A stretch of 47,576 nt of DNA from Candidatus Saccharimonadales bacterium. Its GTDB lineage: Bacteria > Patescibacteriota > Saccharimonadia > Saccharimonadales > JANWIN01. The notes under the pieces were generated by a model. That model was not told where the DNA came from, made no database searches, and saw only the letters and a program-made list of their open reading frames with translations. The DNA lies in contig JANWIN010000006.1 in NCBI GenBank assembly GCA_025449905.1, forward strand, positions 1 through 47,576. The letters are read 5' to 3'. This document shows positions 44,350 to 47,576 of this stretch, piece by piece. How positions within the stretch are numbered: the stretch's first letter is position 1; the number at the start of each line of letters is the position of its first letter. A program made the position numbers and the translations under genes.

Positions 44350-44715
44350 ATGAACAGAAACGCATTAACTACTGTCGACAAACTAAGAATAGCAATGGCA
44401 AGTGCTCTCACACCTGTGCTGGGTGTAATAGCTATAAGTGCTTTAAAGGAAGAGTCTCCTAAGCGTTCTGAATTTGAGCTGGAACAGATACAAGATATTA
44501 AAAGACAGGTTAGAGATCTAGAACCTGGGCAAACCGTTATACATGTAATGGCAGGACAAGGGGACAGCCCCTGGAGTCTGGTAAAAAGAGTTCAAGATGC
44601 TATACATAGCCAAGAAGACCCTAGGCCTGCTGTAGATGACGTTACTAAAGCTCTTGGGAACGAAGGATTGCAACCTACTCAATTGGTTGATGTAAATATT
44701 GCTGACCTTAGGTAA
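44350..44715 (+). CDS. Hypothetical small protein, possibly membrane-anchored with a degenerate LysM-like segment
   Basis: 121-aa ORF behind a strong promoter. It has one hydrophobic N-terminal segment. The stretch VIHVMAGQGDSPWSLVKRV is weakly LysM-like. Confidence 0.4.
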   Translation: MNRNALTTVDKLRIAMASALTPVLGVIAISALKEESPKRSEFELEQIQDIKRQVRDLEPGQTVIHVMAGQGDSPWSLVKRVQDAIHSQEDPRPAVDDVTKALGNEGLQPTQLVDVNIADLR

Positions 44716-44774
44716 ATTGTAAATTTTGCCATAAATTGTCTAGTGTTTCAAGTTTAAGCTTTACCACTATATAT

Positions 44775-44902
44775 TGTGGAATAGGCTTTTTTATAACCAA
44801 AACTGTGGATAAGTGTGGGTAATTTGACCTAAATTAACTAATTATGTGCTTGCTAGTGGGTGAAAGTGGGTAGTACACTGCCGGTAGTGGGTAAAAGTAG
44901 GT
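44775..44902 (+). promoter_or_regulatory. Array of GTGG(G/A) direct repeats at 10-bp spacing; candidate MraZ operator
   Basis: AGTGGGT occurs at 44855, 44865 and 44886, and AGTAGGT at 44896. TGTGGAT is at 44804, TGTGGGT at 44814, and TGTGGAA at 44775. The pairs are spaced exactly 10 bp apart and lie 60-190 bp upstream of the mraZ ATG. Confidence 0.6.
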
Positions 44903-44963
44903 AAGGCCAAAACAGTCTTAACCCCTCACTAAAACAAAAAACCACTATCAATAAAGGGAGAAG

Positions 44964-45338
44964 ATGGCTACGGTAGATTACTTCGAACGCAAGCTGGACG
45001 ACAAACGGCGGCTAACTATGCCGACTGAGCTTCGTCACAAGCTGGCTGACGGGGTAGTCATAACTCGCGGCTTCGGCAAATATCTACATTTGTACCCCAG
45101 GGAATACTGGGACCAGATAGTAGAGCCAAAACTAGCCGGGGACGCACTGGACGAAGTAGTGGCCGACTTGAACATCCAATTTAGGATGGGCAAAATCGAA
45201 GCTACACCGGACGGTAAACAGGGCCGCATCACCATCGAACAGCATTTACTGGATTACGGCGGCATTGACCGCGAAGTAATCGCCGTAAGTGTTGGTGGAC
45301 AGTACTGGCGCCTGATGGCCCCGGAACAGGCCACCTGA
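44964..45338 (+). CDS. mraZ: Transcriptional regulator MraZ, short 124-aa form
   Basis: Two SpoVT/AbrB-like halves with DxxxR-type motifs (LDDKRRLTMP and DGKQGRITI). It occupies the first position of the dcw cluster. AGGGAG SD upstream. Confidence 0.85.
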   Translation: MATVDYFERKLDDKRRLTMPTELRHKLADGVVITRGFGKYLHLYPREYWDQIVEPKLAGDALDEVVADLNIQFRMGKIEATPDGKQGRITIEQHLLDYGGIDREVIAVSVGGQYWRLMAPEQAT

Positions 45339-45506
45339 GATCCCACGCACTTTAACAACTAGGGTAAACGATTAAATAACCAACGATTCGAGGTTAGCTA
45401 ATCGGCAGTCAACAAGTGTCGGAGTAACACTTTAAAATACTCTCGCACTTTACACAAAAAACACCTCCCAAAACTCCACCTCACACATAAGTCTCTCAAA
45501 ACTTTT

Positions 45507-45572
45507 GTTTTAGCCAGTGAAAGAAGCCGTAAGTCACTCTTACCAAGCATCTTTTACATACACGGCTAAAAC
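45507..45572. other. Structured element in the mraZ-rsmH spacer: a 9-bp outer stem enclosing an inner hairpin
   Basis: GTTTTAGCC (45507-45515) pairs with GGCTAAAAC (45564-45572). An inner AGTGA...TCACT stem lies between them. Confidence 0.45.
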
Positions 45573-45658
45573 ATACACAAAAACAAAAACTTTTTAAAAC
45601 AAAAAGTTGGCTGCTGGTTAGGTGACCTTGCAAAAACAAAAATAAAAAGCAAAAAAAG

Positions 45659-46624
45659 ATGCACCGAAACAAACATCACCCAGTACTTCTAGCTGAAGTC
45701 TTAACCTATCTGGCGCCAGAAGAGGGTCAAACCTATCTGGATTTAACAGCTGGTTACGGCGGACATGCTAAAGCAATACTGGCCAAAACAAAAAATAGCC
45801 CGGCCGTTTTGATCGATAGAGATAAGTCGGCCATTGACTATTTAAAAAACCAGATTAAGACCAAGAACGTAAATCTAATTCATCAGGACTTTTTGAGCGC
45901 AAGCCAAAAGCTTCTGAAAGATAAGACGCAATTTGACTTAATACTGGCTGATCTTGGGGTATCGTCACCGCACCTTAATACGGCGAGTCGTGGTTTTTCC
46001 TTCGCAATAGAAGGGCCTTTAGACATGCGCATGGACCAGAGCCAAACGCTTACAGCTGAGCAGATTGTTAACGGCTACAGCGAGAAGCAGTTGGCACAGG
46101 CCATCCGCAGCTACGGAGAAGAACCAAAAGCTAAAAAAATAGCCAAGTCGATTGTAAGAAATCGCCCGGTTATATCGAGCAAAGAGCTTGCCAATATTGT
46201 CACTACAGCAGTTCGCCGGCGGGGTAAAACCCATCCGGCAACTAAAACCTTTCAGGCGCTCAGAATTGAAGTCAATCAAGAACTGCAGCAGCTGGAAGCG
46301 GCTTTGCCACTTTGGCTAGAACTACTTAGTCCGGGTGGCAGGATAGCGATCATTAGCTTCCACAGTCTAGAAGACCGACTGGTAAAGAAAGCCTTTAAAG
46401 AAGCTGGCGGGCAGGGCTACGACGCAACACTAAAGCTACTTACCAAGCAGCCGGTAACCAGTGACAAAAATGAATTGTTTACCAATCCGCGAGCTCGCAG
46501 CGCCAAGCTGCGGGCCGCAGTGAAAATAAAAACAAGACCACAGCCCGTTACAAGTAACAGGCTGGGCAGGAAGGGAACACATGCACATGCCTATTCAGGT
46601 AAAAAGCAGTTCCCGCGCTTATAA
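45659..46624 (+). CDS. rsmH: 16S rRNA (cytosine1402-N4)-methyltransferase RsmH with a short basic C-terminal extension
   Basis: HHPVLLAEVL, DLTAGYGGH, ADLGVSSPHL, SFHSLEDR, and NPRARSAKLR motifs. Confidence 0.93.
   Translation: MHRNKHHPVLLAEVLTYLAPEEGQTYLDLTAGYGGHAKAILAKTKNSPAVLIDRDKSAIDYLKNQIKTKNVNLIHQDFLSASQKLLKDKTQFDLILADLGVSSPHLNTASRGFSFAIEGPLDMRMDQSQTLTAEQIVNGYSEKQLAQAIRSYGEEPKAKKIAKSIVRNRPVISSKELANIVTTAVRRRGKTHPATKTFQALRIEVNQELQQLEAALPLWLELLSPGGRIAIISFHSLEDRLVKKAFKEAGGQGYDATLKLLTKQPVTSDKNELFTNPRARSAKLRAAVKIKTRPQPVTSNRLGRKGTHAHAYSGKKQFPRL
46541..46565. repeat. Copy 1 of a roughly 25-35 bp hairpin-forming repeat, inside the rsmH 3' end
   Basis: CAGCCCGTTACAAGTAACAGGCTGG. It is self-complementary apart from one mismatch. 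Confidence 0.6.
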
Positions 46625-46665
46625 AGTCAGAGTCAAAGTACTCTAAAACTTAAATAAGGCGCCAA

Positions 46666-46703
46666 CCCTCACCACTTACCCCGGGTGGGCTAAGTGGTGG
46701 GGG
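46666..46703. other. GC-rich hairpin of about 16 bp with a GGGT loop, downstream of rsmH
   Basis: CCCTCACCACTTAcCCC-GGGT-GGGcTAAGTGGTGGGGG, read directly. No U-tract follows. Confidence 0.6.
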
Positions 46704-46712
46704 ACCAAGTCG

Positions 46713-46737
46713 CAGCCAGTTACAAGCAACAGGCTGG
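46713..46737. repeat. Copy 2 of the hairpin-forming repeat, intergenic between rsmH and ftsL
   Basis: CAGCCAGTTACAAGCAACAGGCTGG differs from copy 1 at 2 positions. The shared upstream GACCA extends the similarity. Confidence 0.6.
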
Positions 46738-46773
46738 ATAAACAAAAATAAACATAAAACCAAAGAAAGACAT

Positions 46774-47121
46774 ATGACATACTCATCATCACTCGCACTG
46801 AATCGTCGCCGCTATAGCGGCCGTGGCCAAAACACTGCCAGTTTTATCAGCCAAACTAAAGGGCTGGGACCAATTAGCAACACAGTTATTCTTATAATAT
46901 TAGCTTGCTTATTGGGCTTGTTATACCTAACACAAGTTACCAAAACTAATGCCTATGGTTATCAAATTAATAATTTGACCAAAGAACAAAGTCAGCTGAC
47001 TCGTCAAAATGATGAATTAAGTGTGACCGCCGCCCGATTGCAGGCTTTAGATAAAATCAAAAATAGTAAGGCCGCCGAACGATTGGTGTCGGTTGCGCCC
47101 AGCGAAACTGTCCAAAATTAA
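46774..47121 (+). CDS. FtsL-like cell-division protein: single TM helix plus a coiled coil
   Basis: 115 aa with a basic N-terminus, one TM helix (VILIILACLLGLLYL) and a short coiled coil. It sits between rsmH and the PBP gene. Confidence 0.55.
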   Translation: MTYSSSLALNRRRYSGRGQNTASFISQTKGLGPISNTVILIILACLLGLLYLTQVTKTNAYGYQINNLTKEQSQLTRQNDELSVTAARLQALDKIKNSKAAERLVSVAPSETVQN

Positions 47122-47142
47122 AAGGGGAAGACATCGAGGTTT

Positions 47143-47576
47143 ATGTATAGTCCTCAGCCGCCCCAAAATGAACCCAGCCCAGCCCGACGCATCCGTCTTT
47201 GGTACGCGATATTATTATCAATAATAGCCCTGTTTGTAGTCCGCTTGTTTTATCTGCAAGTCATCCGTCACGACCATTATAAAAAAATAGCCTTGCAGGC
47301 CCAGACCAAAGAGTACGAAATTCAAGCCGAGCGGGGAACAATTGCCGCCCATGACGGCAAAAATGTAGTGCCGATTGTCTTAAATGAAGCTCGCTACACA
47401 CTATTTGCTGATCCGCAGTTTATAGAAGACCCTAAAGCCGTGGCTAAAGAAGTGGCCGGTGTGATAGGCGGTAATCAAGATGACTTGGCTAAAAAAATGG
47501 AATTATCGACGCGTTACGTTGTACTGGCTAAAAAACTAAATGGTGCCCAGAAGAAAGAGATTGATAAGTTAGAACA
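47143..47576 (+). CDS. Class B penicillin-binding protein (FtsI-like transpeptidase), 3' partial
   Basis: Open frame from the ATG at 47143 to the window end, absent from the ORF track because it has no stop. It encodes a TM anchor, then FYLQVIRHDHY...ERGTIAAHDG, typical of a PBP dimerisation domain. Confidence 0.8.
   Translation, partial: MYSPQPPQNEPSPARRIRLWYAILLSIIALFVVRLFYLQVIRHDHYKKIALQAQTKEYEIQAERGTIAAHDGKNVVPIVLNEARYTLFADPQFIEDPKAVAKEVAGVIGGNQDDLAKKMELSTRYVVLAKKLNGAQKKEIDKLE

Noticed and set aside
44277-44462. A 61-aa + strand ORF bridging the GH1 3' end and the next gene.
   Set aside because: It lies in an alternative frame overlapping two better-supported ORFs, and it runs across the strong promoter at 44313-44341.
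1-47576. I looked for CRISPR arrays, IS or transposase genes, integrases and prophage genes.
   Set aside because: I found no regularly spaced direct repeats of CRISPR type and no recognisable mobile-element proteins. The only repeats are the short elements reported near mraZ and rsmH.

Overview
The window is a gene-dense, mostly + strand stretch of housekeeping genes, with no rRNA, tRNA, CRISPR array, transposase or integrase that I could recognise. The many shortened proteins suggest a reduced-genome monoderm bacterium, possibly Saccharibacteria-like Patescibacteria/CPR, but that placement is inference only. The standard genetic code applies: both RF1 and RF2 are present and TGA is used as a stop.

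Genes in order:
- Envelope and translation: LCP phosphotransferase (5' partial), membrane protein, HtrA, prmC-prfA (minus strand), L31 type B (minus strand), rpsB-tsf-frr.
- Proteases and aminoacylation: RseP-like M50 protease, CPBP protease, glutamate-5-kinase-like protein, proS, greA, class I lysyl-tRNA synthetase.
- Heliorhodopsin neighbourhood: deoxyribosyltransferase-like protein, msrA, a heliorhodopsin homologue, a Cas4-like Fe-S PD-(D/E)XK nuclease, an AT-rich membrane protein.
- Secretion and division: serS, secA, M16 peptidase, proline-rich tail-anchored protein, prfB, ftsE-ftsX, a coiled-coil CHAP hydrolase, S41 protease.
- Mixed: pyrG, orphan receiver, rpmA and a methyltransferase (minus strand), UPF0104-like membrane protein, xseA-xseB, a degenerate kinase/pseudo-receiver pair, recO, FMN reductase, small ORF plus glyQS.
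- Accessory block: alpha/beta hydrolase, SDR, NYN, VOC, flavodoxin-like protein, GH1.
- Start of the dcw cluster: mraZ, rsmH, ftsL-like, PBP (3' partial).

Most interesting observations:
1. The heliorhodopsin keeps the retinal lysine but lacks the canonical Glu counterion and one cavity histidine.
2. A sensor-less histidine-kinase-like protein without N-box asparagines is paired with a receiver whose phospho-acceptor Asp is Glu.
3. A -10 box sits 6-9 nt upstream of at least 14 start codons, which implies widespread leaderless transcription.
4. An array of GTGGG direct repeats at 10-bp spacing lies upstream of mraZ.
5. Several unusually long, structured spacers occur (ctpA-pyrG, mraZ-rsmH, rsmH-ftsL, upstream of glyQS).
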